A stretch of DNA of 64,000 bases from assembly GCA_963700065.1 (NCBI GenBank), contig CAVOWJ010000009.1, positions 7,318-71,317 on the forward strand, in the 5' to 3' direction. Each line of letters starts with the position of its first letter. The first letter of the stretch is position 1. A program made the translations under genes and the position numbers. Below, piece by piece: positions 19,612-29,260 of this stretch. This stretch comes from an uncultured Acidobacteriota bacterium (lineage in GTDB: Bacteria > Acidobacteriota > Vicinamibacteria > Vicinamibacterales > JAKQTR01). A model generated the notes under the pieces. The model ran no database searches. It was given only the letters and a program-made list of their open reading frames with translations, and had not been told where the DNA came from.

Positions 19612-19622
19612 ACTGGAATCCT

Positions 19623-20006
19623 ATGACGATTCTGGGCATCGGCCTCGACGCCACGGACATCCAGAGGGTCGAGCGGGCCATCGCGCGCTACGGCGACCGA
19701 TTCCTCCATCGTATCTTCACCGACGCCGAGATCGCCTACTGCTCGTCCAAGCACCGGCCGGCACCGCACTACGCCGGCCGCTTCGCGGCGAAGGAAGCCG
19801 CCATGAAGGCGCTCGGCACCGGGCTCACCCGCGGCGTCACCTGGCGGGACATCGAGGTGGTCCGCGGCGGCGGCCCCCCGCGCATCGTCTTCCGCGGCGC
19901 GGCTCTCGCGCACTTCCAGCGGCACGGCGCGACCTCGTCGCTCCTGACGATTACCCACGCCGACACGCTCGCCCTCGCACAGGTGATGCTGGTCAAGGCC
20001 GACTGA
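19623..20006 (+). CDS. acpS: Holo-[acyl-carrier-protein] synthase AcpS
   Basis: ILGIGLDATDIQRVERAI, RIFTDAEIAYC, RFAAKEAAMKALGTG, LTITHADTLALAQVML. Confidence 0.9.
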   Translation: MTILGIGLDATDIQRVERAIARYGDRFLHRIFTDAEIAYCSSKHRPAPHYAGRFAAKEAAMKALGTGLTRGVTWRDIEVVRGGGPPRIVFRGAALAHFQRHGATSSLLTITHADTLALAQVMLVKAD

Positions 20007-20286
20007 CCTCGCGCGCGCAACCCCGGTTGTCGGAACGGCGCCGAGAGTCCCCTCCCGCCGCGACGGGCGGCCCGGAGCGGGCGGCATCTCACGGTCCTTC
20101 TGGCGTTTGAGCGCGCGCCGCGCGGGCGGCCCCGTGCGGCACCGGCCTTGCCCTGCTCACCCGCGTGTCGCGAGCCGGCTTCCAGCACGCCGCTTCCTGC
20201 GCCCGGGTCCACCGACCCCGCCGGCCCGCGACCACCCCGACTTCCGTCGGCCGGGCGCGGCAGGGACGCGGACCGAGGAGCACGTC

Positions 20287-20590
20287 ATGGTAGTCAAGTT
20301 CGCGCAGAACGACCGCGGGAACCCGCCAGGGAAACTCGCCGACGCCGAACTGCACTTCAGCGAAGGCACGCTCGACGGCCTCAAGCTGATCGGCTTCGCG
20401 ATCTGGGAGCGGAAGAACGGCAACGGCCGCAACGTCACCTTCCCCGCCCGCCAGTACTCGGTGAACGGCGAACGCCGCAGCTTCGCGCTGCTCCGCCCGG
20501 TGGTCGACGCGGCGGCGCAGGAGCGGGTGCGCGAGTTCATCCTGCAGGCGTACGCGGAGTACCGAGGAACAGCTCGTCACCGCGGAGTAG
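20287..20590 (+). pseudogene. SpoVG-family-like small protein whose 3' end is ambiguous; apparent 1-nt frameshift near 20562
   Basis: MVVKFAQNDRGNPPGKLADAELHF..LKLIGFAIWERKNGNGRNVTFPARQY..RSFALLRPVVDAAAQERVREFILQAYAEY resembles SpoVG (about 95 aa). The same frame has no stop until 21150 and would run 550 nt antisense through a clearly real gene. The +1 frame gives ..EEQLVTAE-TAG (20588..20590), 6 nt before the convergent gene's stop. Confidence 0.6.
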
Positions 20591-20596
20591 CGCTCG

Positions 20597-22423
20597 TCAG
20601 CGGGCCGCGGCCGGCTCGATTCGGTCGCGCGCGGTGGCCACGGGTTCGCCCGCCAGGAAGCGCGCGCGGTCGCGAGGATCGTAGAACCGCACCTTCACCG
20701 GCTGGCCGACCTCCGCGGCGGGCGGCCAGTCGAGAAGCCCCAGGGAGCTGTGCCGGGCGAACCGGTCGCGGAACTGGGCCTCTTCCCAGGCTTCGAGCAC
20801 GAAGTACGGTGGGCGGCCGATGCTGTCGAGGTGCCGGACAGCCGCGTCGAGGCCGGTCGGGCCGATGTAATCGAACCGCACCGTCGTGCGGCGGCCGTAC
20901 AGGCGCAGCGGTCCGCTCTGCTGCACGCTCAGCAGGACGGCGCCGGCCGGCAGGCGGTCGGAAGCCCATGCGCCGGCGGCGAGGTACCGGCTCTCGAAGC
21001 GGCGCAGGTCGAAGGCCTCCCGCCCGACGGCCGTCGACACGTAGAAGGCCGCCAGCAGTCCCACGCCGGTCACCAACAGCGGCGCGCGAACCACGGCTGG
21101 CGCGAACGACACGAGGCGGAGGCAGATCGAGGCAGACAGGACGAGCATGACCGCGATGGCCGGCAGCAGAAAGCGGAGGTACCACCACTCCTCGAACACG
21201 GCGTACGGGAGATAGCACGCGATGACCGCCGCCGCGAAGCCGAGCCCGATCCACGCATGCCGCAGCGGCATCGGCGCGGCCGTCGACGGCTTCGCGACCA
21301 CGCCGGCGAGCGGAGCGGCCAGGCCAAGCAGCACAAGGGGCGTGTGCGTCTCGATCAGCCAGCGGGCGTAGCGAACGGCGTTCGAGAAGACGTTGGCGGA
21401 CGAAAACAGCTCGGACGCGGCCCCGTAGCCCGACGCGAGCGGCGAGCCGTAGAGCCGCGTGTTCAGCCACGCGAGGAATGCCGCCGCCAGGATGATCGGG
21501 CCGACAAACAGCAGCGCGGCCCGGGCCCGGGAGCGAACGCCGGGCGTGCCGGAGCAGGGATGGACCAGCACCGCGAGCATGACCACGGCTGCCGCCGGGG
21601 CGAGGTTTGGCCGGGTCAGCACGGCGAGGGCGGCTCCGGTGCCGGCCACGAGCGGACGATGGGCGGCAGCGCCCCACAGCGCGAGCAGCCACCATGCGGT
21701 GACAGGCACGTCGCTCATCGGCTGCACCACCTGGTACAGGAACGCGGGGCTGGTGGCGAGCAGCACCGCGGCGGCAGCCCCGCTCGCGCCGTCCGCGCAC
21801 TGCCGCCCCGCGAGATAGACCAGCCACACGGCGGCGGCGCCGAGCAGGGGCACCACGATGAACACCGCGCCGGGCCCGCCGAGGGCTGCGGCGAGCGCCA
21901 TGGTCAGCGGCAGGCCGGGCGCATAGGTGGGCACGATCACACCAGCCTGGACGCCCGGCCGGTAGCCGAGCGGCGACAGGCTCCAGTCAGCCTGCGGCCA
22001 TGGCACTTCCGCCGCGAGCGGCTGGGGCTGGATCGGCACGCCCTCCAGCCACAAGAGCGCCTGGCTCACGTAGCCGTACGCGTCCGCGCCGCCGGCCACC
22101 CGGGTCGCCCACACGAGCCCTACGGCTGCCGTCCCCACCGCCGCCGCCGCGGCTGCGATGAAGGCGTGGCGATCACGGGCGGCCCACGCCTTTTCGAGCG
22201 CGCGTGTGAACCGCCGACCACCGAGCCAGGCCGACACGCCGAGCAGCAGGACGCCGGCCCCGATCAGGCGCCAGGGCTCATGGGCGCGGACGCGCAGCGG
22301 GCCGACGGCCCAGTCGGCGCCGCCGGTGGCGGCCACGGCGGCGCCGAGGGCGAGCAGTGCCGCGCCGACCGCGCCGGCCAGCAGCCACAGGGAACGGCCG
22401 GCTCGGGCTGGAGCGTCAGTCAT
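20597..22423 (-). CDS. Polytopic membrane protein, GT-C-fold (ArnT/PMT family 39-like) putative glycosyltransferase
   Basis: 608 aa with more than 10 hydrophobic segments. An early loop carries ADAYGYVSQALLWLEG (D-x-Y type GT-C loop). Soluble C-terminal domain of about 150 aa. Confidence 0.7.
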   Translation of the reverse strand: MTDAPARAGRSLWLLAGAVGAALLALGAAVAATGGADWAVGPLRVRAHEPWRLIGAGVLLLGVSAWLGGRRFTRALEKAWAARDRHAFIAAAAAAVGTAAVGLVWATRVAGGADAYGYVSQALLWLEGVPIQPQPLAAEVPWPQADWSLSPLGYRPGVQAGVIVPTYAPGLPLTMALAAALGGPGAVFIVVPLLGAAAVWLVYLAGRQCADGASGAAAAVLLATSPAFLYQVVQPMSDVPVTAWWLLALWGAAAHRPLVAGTGAALAVLTRPNLAPAAAVVMLAVLVHPCSGTPGVRSRARAALLFVGPIILAAAFLAWLNTRLYGSPLASGYGAASELFSSANVFSNAVRYARWLIETHTPLVLLGLAAPLAGVVAKPSTAAPMPLRHAWIGLGFAAAVIACYLPYAVFEEWWYLRFLLPAIAVMLVLSASICLRLVSFAPAVVRAPLLVTGVGLLAAFYVSTAVGREAFDLRRFESRYLAAGAWASDRLPAGAVLLSVQQSGPLRLYGRRTTVRFDYIGPTGLDAAVRHLDSIGRPPYFVLEAWEEAQFRDRFARHSSLGLLDWPPAAEVGQPVKVRFYDPRDRARFLAGEPVATARDRIEPAAAR

Positions 22424-22438
22424 GGGGTGGGCGCCCCG

Positions 22439-24184
22439 TCACGGCGCCATCGGAAGCAGGCGGACGTTCTCCGCCGCGCGCTTCGGCGGGAGCGTCCACT
22501 CCTCGCGGAGGCCCTTGTCGAACTCGGACCGGTAGAACGCCGACTTCGCCCCGCCGTCGATGATGTCCCACGGCAACACCGCGTCATGCGAGCGGTCCCT
22601 GAACACGTAGAACGACGGGTCGACGCCGGCCTCGGCCGCGGCGGCGCGCCACTGGCCGCCGTTGCGCTCGGCCGCCACGACGACGGGCGCCACGCGCCGG
22701 TCGCCCAGCGACAGCAGGGCCTGGTAGAACGCGTGCCGCTCCGACTTGATCGAGAAGTACACGTTGTCGATGCCCGCGGTGAGCGAGCGCAGCCGCGCGA
22801 TGGCGCGATCGATCGACGCGGGGTCGGCCATCGGCAGCCACTGGTAGGCCGTGCCCGGCTTCGGCACCAGCGGGTTCACGCTGGCGCTGATGCGCCCGAC
22901 CTGCCCGCGCGGCCGGCCGTGCGCCATCATGCGGTCCTTGATGGCGACGGTGAGGTCGCGGATGGCCACGAGATCCTCGTCGGTTTCCGTGGGCAGGCCG
23001 ATCATGTAGTAGAGCTTCAGGTTGTCGATGCCCGATCGGAAGATGAGATCGGCGCGGTCGACGATCTCGTCGTTGGTCATCGTCTTGTTGATCACCCGGC
23101 GGAGCCGGTCGGACCCGGTTTCGGGGGCGATGGTGAGCGAGCGCTCGCCGCTCTGGCGGAGCAGGCGCACCACGGGTTCGGTCAGGTCATCGAGCCGCAG
23201 CGATGCCGGGCTGATGGAATAGCCCAGGGCCAGCAACTCCGTGAGCAGGCGCTCGATTTCGGGATGATCGCAGAGCGCGATCGACACGAGGCCGATGCGG
23301 GTGGCGTGCGGCCGGGCGGCCCGGGCGATCTCGAGTATCCGGTCGGCCGGAAACGCGCGCACCGGCAGGTAGTTGTAGCCGGCCCAGCAGAACCGGCACA
23401 GATTGGCGCAGCCGCGCACGACTTCCACCAGCAGGCGCGAGCCGAACTCGGTGTCGGGCGTGAAGATCATCGTAGACGGCGGGTCGCCGCCCGCCGACGC
23501 GGCGAGCGCCGCCTTGCGCACGGGCAGCACGACGCCGGATCCTGGCGCGGGGACGAAGGCGTCGATGGTGCCGTCGGTCGCGTAACGCACGTCGACCAGC
23601 GACGGCACGTAGAACCCGCGTTCGCTGGCGAGCCCTTCGAGGAAGCTCCGCCGGTCCGTCGCGCCGGCGATGCGGCCGACGAGCGCGGGCACGAGCACCT
23701 CGCCTTCTCCCGCGGCCACCACGTCGGCGAACGGCGCCAGCGGCTCCGGGTTCACGAACGTCACCGCGCCGCCGATCACCACGAGCGGGTGGCGGGTGTC
23801 GCGTTCCGCGGCGAAGAGCGGCAGGCCGGCCAGGCGCAGCAGGCTGACGAGGTTGGTGTAGTCCCACTCGAACGACACCGAGAAGGCCAGCACGTCGAAG
23901 TCGCGGACCGGAGTGCCCGATTCCAGGGTGACGAGGGAACCGCCCCGGTCGAGCGCCGCCGCGAGCTCGCTGCGCCCGGGCAGGAAGACACGCTCGCACA
24001 CCACGTCGTCGAGGGCATTGAACAGGCGGTACACCGTCTGGAAGCCCAGGTTCGACATGCCGACGTAGTAGGTGTTCGGGAACGCGAGGGCCACGCGCAG
24101 GCGCCCGGCGTGGGGCTTGCGGACGTAGCCGACCTCGCGATCGAGGAGGGGTGATGCGGAAGCGCGGCGGGAGGTCCTGCCCAT
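22439..24184 (-). CDS. Radical SAM protein with N-terminal B12-binding-like domain (TIGR03960-like family)
   Basis: LRVALAFPNTYYVGMSNLGFQTVYRLFN, EVVRGCANLCRFCWAGYNYLPVR (CxxxCxxC-type cluster motif). Confidence 0.8.
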   Translation of the reverse strand: MGRTSRRASASPLLDREVGYVRKPHAGRLRVALAFPNTYYVGMSNLGFQTVYRLFNALDDVVCERVFLPGRSELAAALDRGGSLVTLESGTPVRDFDVLAFSVSFEWDYTNLVSLLRLAGLPLFAAERDTRHPLVVIGGAVTFVNPEPLAPFADVVAAGEGEVLVPALVGRIAGATDRRSFLEGLASERGFYVPSLVDVRYATDGTIDAFVPAPGSGVVLPVRKAALAASAGGDPPSTMIFTPDTEFGSRLLVEVVRGCANLCRFCWAGYNYLPVRAFPADRILEIARAARPHATRIGLVSIALCDHPEIERLLTELLALGYSISPASLRLDDLTEPVVRLLRQSGERSLTIAPETGSDRLRRVINKTMTNDEIVDRADLIFRSGIDNLKLYYMIGLPTETDEDLVAIRDLTVAIKDRMMAHGRPRGQVGRISASVNPLVPKPGTAYQWLPMADPASIDRAIARLRSLTAGIDNVYFSIKSERHAFYQALLSLGDRRVAPVVVAAERNGGQWRAAAAEAGVDPSFYVFRDRSHDAVLPWDIIDGGAKSAFYRSEFDKGLREEWTLPPKRAAENVRLLPMAP

Positions 24185-24304
24185 GCGTGTTGGTGCCGTC
24201 AGCCGGCGGTCCCGCGCCGCCGGCGCCCGCGCTGCGGAATCTCGCGCTCAGGCGACGGCGGTCGAGGATGCCGTGGATGTACGCACTGTACCACGTGGAC
24301 GAGG

Positions 24305-25585
24305 TCAGGCCTGCTTCACCCGCCGCATGAACGCGGGGACGTCCAGTTCGACCGCGGCCTCGGCGTCGGCCGGCGCGGCAATCTCGTCGGCCAGGGCGGC
24401 ATCGAGCGTCATCGCGAGCGGCGACGGGCCGGCCGGGGCGGCCACGCCGATCCCATGCCGCCGCGCAATCGTCAGCCGGGAGGCGCCCTCACCCTGCAGC
24501 CACGAGGTGTAGTTCTGCAGGTCGACCGGCGTCTGGCCGGCGCCGCCGGGCACGACGGCCTTCGACCCCGGCCGGTCGAAGCCGGTGGCAATCACGGTCA
24601 GCTTGACCTGGCCCTCGAGCCTCGGGTCGATGACGGCGCCGAAGATGATGTTCGCCTCCTCGTGGGCCGCCTCGTGGATGATCGTCGACGCCTCGTGCAC
24701 CTCGACGAGCGACAGGTCGGAGCCTCCGGTCACGTTGATGATGACGCCGCGCGCGCCGTCGATGGACGCGTCCTCGAGGAGCGGGCTCGAGATCGCCCGC
24801 CGGGCCGCGTCGACGGCACGGCTCTCGCCGCTCCCGACACCGGTCCCCATCACCGCCACGCCCATGCCCGTCATGATCGTCTTGACGTCGGCGAAGTCGA
24901 GGTTGATAAGCCCCGGCAGAAGGATGAGGTCCGAAATTCCCTGGATGGCCTGCCGCAGCACTTCGTCGACGGTCGCGAACGCGTCGAGCAGCGGCGTCTT
25001 GCGATCGATCGTGTTCAGCAGCCGCTCGTTCGGGATCGTGATGACGCTGTCGACGCAGTCGCGCAGCTCCTCGAGGCCCTTCTCCGCCTGGATCGCGCGC
25101 TTGCGGCCCTCGAACGTGAACGGGCGCGTGACCACCGCGATGGTCAGCGCGCCGAGCTCGCTCGCGAGGCTGGCGATGACGGGCGCGCCGCCGGTTCCCG
25201 TGCCGCCGCCGAGGCCGGCGGTGACGAACACCAGGTCGGCGCCGTCAATGGCCTGGATGAGCTTGTCGGTGTCCTCGAGCGCGGCGTGCCGGCCGACGGC
25301 CGGGTCGGCGCCGGCCCCGAGGCCCTTGGTCAGCTTCTCGCCGAGCTGCACCTTGATCGGCGCGGCGTTCATACGCAACGCCTGCACGTCGGTGTTCGCC
25401 ACGACGAACTGGACGCCCTCGAAGCCTTCGCGCACCATGCGGTTGACGGCGTTGCTGCCTCCGCCGCCGACGCCGATCACCTTGATGCGCGCGCCGGTGT
25501 GCGACCCGTCGTCCATGGTCATCCGGAACGGTGAGACGGACGGCCGTGAGGCGGCGGTGGGCCGGGTGTCGATCGGGTTCGGCAT
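24305..25585 (-). CDS. ftsZ: Cell division GTPase FtsZ
   Basis: [54 protein letters not shown]. An alternative start lies at the internal MTMDD, 21 codons downstream. Confidence 0.95.
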   Translation of the reverse strand: MPNPIDTRPTAASRPSVSPFRMTMDDGSHTGARIKVIGVGGGGSNAVNRMVREGFEGVQFVVANTDVQALRMNAAPIKVQLGEKLTKGLGAGADPAVGRHAALEDTDKLIQAIDGADLVFVTAGLGGGTGTGGAPVIASLASELGALTIAVVTRPFTFEGRKRAIQAEKGLEELRDCVDSVITIPNERLLNTIDRKTPLLDAFATVDEVLRQAIQGISDLILLPGLINLDFADVKTIMTGMGVAVMGTGVGSGESRAVDAARRAISSPLLEDASIDGARGVIINVTGGSDLSLVEVHEASTIIHEAAHEEANIIFGAVIDPRLEGQVKLTVIATGFDRPGSKAVVPGGAGQTPVDLQNYTSWLQGEGASRLTIARRHGIGVAAPAGPSPLAMTLDAALADEIAAPADAEAAVELDVPAFMRRVKQA

Positions 25586-25689
25586 CGATGGTCTCCAGTT
25601 CTCCGAAGTCTATCGCGTGTCGACAGGCGGTTTCAGCGCCCGTTCTCGCGGCCCGTCTGAGCCGCCGCACGCAGGCGATGAAACCGGCA

Positions 25690-26937
25690 TCAAAGCAGTT
25701 CCTTGAACACGCCCTTGACGAGCTCCGTCAGGCGGCCGATGCCCCTGCCGGAGGCCTGCGTCATCTCGTGCGCGCGCAGCCGCTGCGCGCGCAGCAGCAG
25801 GCCGACGGCGGTGGCGAACGACGGGTTCCCGACGTGGTCGGCGAGCCCGCCGAGGCCGGCCGGCGCGCCCCGCCGCACGGGCATGTCGAAGATCTGCTCG
25901 GCGATCTCCGTCAGCCCGTCGAGGTTCGCGCCCCCGCCGGTGAGCACGATGCCCGAGTTGAGCGATTTCTCGTAGCCGGCCCGGTGGATCTCGTCCCACA
26001 CGAGGTGGCACATCTCCTCGGCGCGGGGCTGCAGCACCTCGGAGAGGATTCGCCGGGCCATCGTGCGCGGCGCCCGCCCGCCGACGCTCGCCACGTCCAT
26101 CGTCTCGTCGTCGCCGACGAGCGACGAGAGGGCGCAGCCGCAGCGCCGCTTCAGCTTTTCCGCCTCCGGGATCGGCATCCGCAGTCCCACGGCGATGTCG
26201 CTCGTGAAGTGATCGCCGCCGATGGGCACCACGGCGGTGTGCCAGAGGAACCCGCGCTCGAAGATGGCGATGTCGGTGGTGCCGCCGCCGATGTCGATGA
26301 CGGCGATGCCGAGCTCCTTCTCGTCCGGCGAGAGCACGGCTTCGCTCGCCGCCAGCTGCTCCAGCACGGATTCCTGGACGTTGACGCCGGCCTTGTTCAC
26401 GCACGCCACGATGTTCTGCGTCGTCGTGGTGCCGCCGGTCACGATGTGGACGTTGACCTCGAGGCGGGCGCCCGTCATCCCGATCGGGTTGCCGATGCCG
26501 TCCTCGTCGTCGACGACGAAGTCCTGGGGCAGCACGTGGAGAATCTCGCGGCCGCCGGGCAGGCTCACCGCCCGGGCCGCGTCGATCGCCCGCCGCACGT
26601 CGTCGCGCGTGATCTCCCGGTTGCGCCCCGCCACCGCCACCACGCCGCGGCTGTTGAAGCCCTTGATGTGCGTGCCCGACAGCGACACGTACGCGTTGTC
26701 GATCTCGATGCCCGCCGTCAGCTCGGCGGCCTCGACGGCCTTGCGGACCGAGTCGACCGCGGCTTCCTGGTTCACCACCGCGCCGCGGCGGATGCCCTGC
26801 GACTCGGCCACGCCCAGCCCGATGATCTCGACCTCTCCGTCGCCCATGACCTCGCCGACAATGGCCGCCACTTTCGACGTCCCGAGGTCGAGCCCCACCA
26901 GGTGCCGTTCCTTGCGTCCCACCAGTCCTCCCGTCAC
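25690..26937 (-). CDS. ftsA: Cell division protein FtsA
   Basis: HLVGLDLGTSKVAAIVGEV, VIDIGGGTTDIAIF, GIVLTGGGANLDGL. GTG at 26937 overlaps the ftsQ stop (GTGA). The track ORF extends spuriously to 27735. Confidence 0.88.
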   Translation of the reverse strand: MTGGLVGRKERHLVGLDLGTSKVAAIVGEVMGDGEVEIIGLGVAESQGIRRGAVVNQEAAVDSVRKAVEAAELTAGIEIDNAYVSLSGTHIKGFNSRGVVAVAGRNREITRDDVRRAIDAARAVSLPGGREILHVLPQDFVVDDEDGIGNPIGMTGARLEVNVHIVTGGTTTTQNIVACVNKAGVNVQESVLEQLAASEAVLSPDEKELGIAVIDIGGGTTDIAIFERGFLWHTAVVPIGGDHFTSDIAVGLRMPIPEAEKLKRRCGCALSSLVGDDETMDVASVGGRAPRTMARRILSEVLQPRAEEMCHLVWDEIHRAGYEKSLNSGIVLTGGGANLDGLTEIAEQIFDMPVRRGAPAGLGGLADHVGNPSFATAVGLLLRAQRLRAHEMTQASGRGIGRLTELVKGVFKELL

Positions 26938-27818
26938 CGCTGCGGCCGCTGGCCCGAATGGCGCGCGGGCACGGGCACGCTGCGCGGCTCGGGCCGCGCG
27001 CCGGCCGTCTGCGCGACGCCCACATACACGCGGTCGCCGAAGCGCACGTCCACGTAGTCGATGTCCGGCACGTGCGCCCGCAGCGTCGCCTGCAGGCCGA
27101 CGTACGACTCGAGACGCTCGGCGAACCGCGTCTCGCCGAGCCGCACCACCGCCGAGTCGCCGTCGAGGATGACGTGCACGTCGTGCACGTCGCCGGCATC
27201 GATCTGCGACACCCGCCGCGCCAGGTCCGGCCGCGTGCGCAGCTCCGACATCAGGCGCGACACCAGCTGGCCCCGCGCCCGGTCGACCGCCGGCGGCGCC
27301 GACACGGGCGTCACGATGAGACCGTCGATGATCGGCAGATCGCAGTCCGCGTAGCGCGGCCCGTACTCGTCGATCACCGTGCCGGCCGCGTCGACCAGAA
27401 ACAGGTCGGTGCCGGCGCGCGCGATGCCCATCGGCACGCGCTCGCGCACCTCGACGTCGATGGTGCCCGGCAGCCGGCGCCGCAGCGTCGCGTCGGCCAC
27501 CCACGCCGACGCGAACAGCCTCGACCGCCAGCGCTCGAGGTCTGCCGACACGAGACTCTGCCCGGTCATGCCCTCCAGCAACGCCGCGATCTCGCCCGCG
27601 TGCACGCGCTGGTTGCCGTGCACACGGATGTGCTGGACGCGCAGCCAGGGCAGGTCCGCCGCCGCCGCGGCGGCCCACCACGCCGCGCCGGCCAGCGCGC
27701 CCGCAACTGCCAGCACCCGCAGGGCGCGCCACCACGGGCGCGCCCGCAGGTGGCGCCGGCGCCCGGCGGGCAACTGACTGCGGAGAAAGCGGCGATCGGC
27801 CGGGGCGGTGACTGACAT
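26934..27818 (-). CDS. ftsQ: Cell division protein FtsQ (POTRA domain)
   Basis: One TM segment (WWRALRVLAVAGALAGAAWWAAAAAA), then a POTRA-like region VQHIRVHGNQRVHAGEIAALL..., VEVRERVPMGIA. The ATG at 27818 lies 1 nt from the murC stop; the track start 27911 overlaps murC. Confidence 0.8.
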   Translation of the reverse strand: MSVTAPADRRFLRSQLPAGRRRHLRARPWWRALRVLAVAGALAGAAWWAAAAAADLPWLRVQHIRVHGNQRVHAGEIAALLEGMTGQSLVSADLERWRSRLFASAWVADATLRRRLPGTIDVEVRERVPMGIARAGTDLFLVDAAGTVIDEYGPRYADCDLPIIDGLIVTPVSAPPAVDRARGQLVSRLMSELRTRPDLARRVSQIDAGDVHDVHVILDGDSAVVRLGETRFAERLESYVGLQATLRAHVPDIDYVDVRFGDRVYVGVAQTAGARPEPRSVPVPARHSGQRPQR

Positions 27819-27819
27819 G

Positions 27820-29250
27820 TCAGCGCGGCCCTCCGTCGCGGCGCCTGAGGGCGTCGAGCACCCTCGGGCCCGCGGTGCCAATCGATCCCGCGCCCAGCGT
27901 GATGACGGCATCGCCCGGCCGCGCCAGCCCGGTGACGACGCGCACGACCTCGTCGATCGAGGGCGCCAGGTGCAGCCCTCCCGGGAGAGACGGCCGGATC
28001 GCCTCCGCCAGCGCCTCGAGAGTCACGCCGGGAATGGGGTCCTCGCTCGCGGCGTAGATGTCGGCGAGCACGAGCTCGTCGGCCTGCGCGAGCGCCGGCC
28101 CGAAGCGGTCCATGAGCCGGGCCGTCCGCGAGTACCGGTGCGGCTGGAACGCGACGACGAGGCGCCGGCCGAGCGAAGCCCTCGCGGCGTCGAGCACCGC
28201 CCGGATCTCGGTCGGGTGGTGGCCGTAGTCGTCGATGACCAGCACACCGCCCGCCTCGCCGAGCCGCTCGAAGCGGCGATCCGCGCCGCGGAACGACGCG
28301 AGGGCGTCAGCCACGACGGCCGGTTCGATGCCCAGCTCGAGGCCGACGGCCACCGCCGCCAGCGCGTTCTGGAGGTTGTGACGGCCGGGGATCGGAAGCC
28401 GCAGCGTGCACAGCGGCGACGCGGGCGGCGTGTGGAGCCCGGCGGCGTCCTTGAGCCCCGGGCCCGGCACCACCTGGCACGACCACATGCCGTCCGCCTG
28501 CGCCACCTGCGTGCCGCGGACGTCGGCATCGGCCGGCCCGAGGCCGTACGTGATCACGCGCCGGGTCATCCGCGGCAGGAGCGCGCGCACGTGCGGATCA
28601 TCGGCGCAGGCAATCACGGCGCCGTAGAACGGCACCTTGTTGGCGAAGTCGAGGAACGCCTGCTGGAGATCCTCGAAATCGCGGTAGGCCTCGAGATGCT
28701 CTTCGTCGATGTTCGTGACGATGGCGACGGTGGGCGTCAGCCGGAGGAACGACCGGTCGCTCTCGTCGGCCTCGACGACCATGTACTCGCCCCGGCCGAG
28801 GCGGGCATTGCTGCCGAACGCGGAGAGCTTGCCGCCGATGACGGCGGTCGGATCGAGGCCGGCCCGTTCGAGGACAAGCGCCACCATCGACGTGGTGGTC
28901 GTCTTCCCGTGGGCGCCGGCGACGGCGATGCCTGAGCGCAGGCGCATCAGCTCGGCCAGCATCTCGGCGCGCGGGATCACGGGAATCCGCCGCCGGTGCG
29001 CGTCGGCGATCTCGGGATTGTCGGGCCGCACGGCCGACGAGTAGACCACCACGTCGGCGCCGCCCACATGGACGGCGTCGTGGCCCGCCGCCACGCGGAC
29101 CCCGAGGGACTGGAGGCGCGTCGTGACCTCCGACAGCTTCTGGTCGGACCCGCTGACGGCGTAGCCGAGGTTCGACAACAGCTCGGCGATGCCGCTCATG
29201 CCGATCCCGCCAATCCCGACGAAGTGGACGCGCTGCGTGCGGCCGAGCAC
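27820..29250 (-). CDS. murC: UDP-N-acetylmuramate--L-alanine ligase MurC
   Basis: VHFVGIGGIGMSGIAELLSNLGYAVSGSD, GAHGKTTTTSM, DDYGHHPTEI. Confidence 0.95.
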   Translation of the reverse strand: MLGRTQRVHFVGIGGIGMSGIAELLSNLGYAVSGSDQKLSEVTTRLQSLGVRVAAGHDAVHVGGADVVVYSSAVRPDNPEIADAHRRRIPVIPRAEMLAELMRLRSGIAVAGAHGKTTTTSMVALVLERAGLDPTAVIGGKLSAFGSNARLGRGEYMVVEADESDRSFLRLTPTVAIVTNIDEEHLEAYRDFEDLQQAFLDFANKVPFYGAVIACADDPHVRALLPRMTRRVITYGLGPADADVRGTQVAQADGMWSCQVVPGPGLKDAAGLHTPPASPLCTLRLPIPGRHNLQNALAAVAVGLELGIEPAVVADALASFRGADRRFERLGEAGGVLVIDDYGHHPTEIRAVLDAARASLGRRLVVAFQPHRYSRTARLMDRFGPALAQADELVLADIYAASEDPIPGVTLEALAEAIRPSLPGGLHLAPSIDEVVRVVTGLARPGDAVITLGAGSIGTAGPRVLDALRRRDGGPR

Positions 29251-29260
29251 CGTTCCTCCC

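Noticed and set aside
20750-24154. 1134-aa + strand ORF
   Set aside because: It is antisense to both the GT-C membrane protein and the radical SAM gene. Its composition is dominated by R/G/A/H/D.
24183-24512. 109-aa + ORF between the radical SAM gene and ftsZ
   Set aside because: It overlaps the ftsZ C-terminus antisense, is Ala/Arg/Ser-rich, and has no support.
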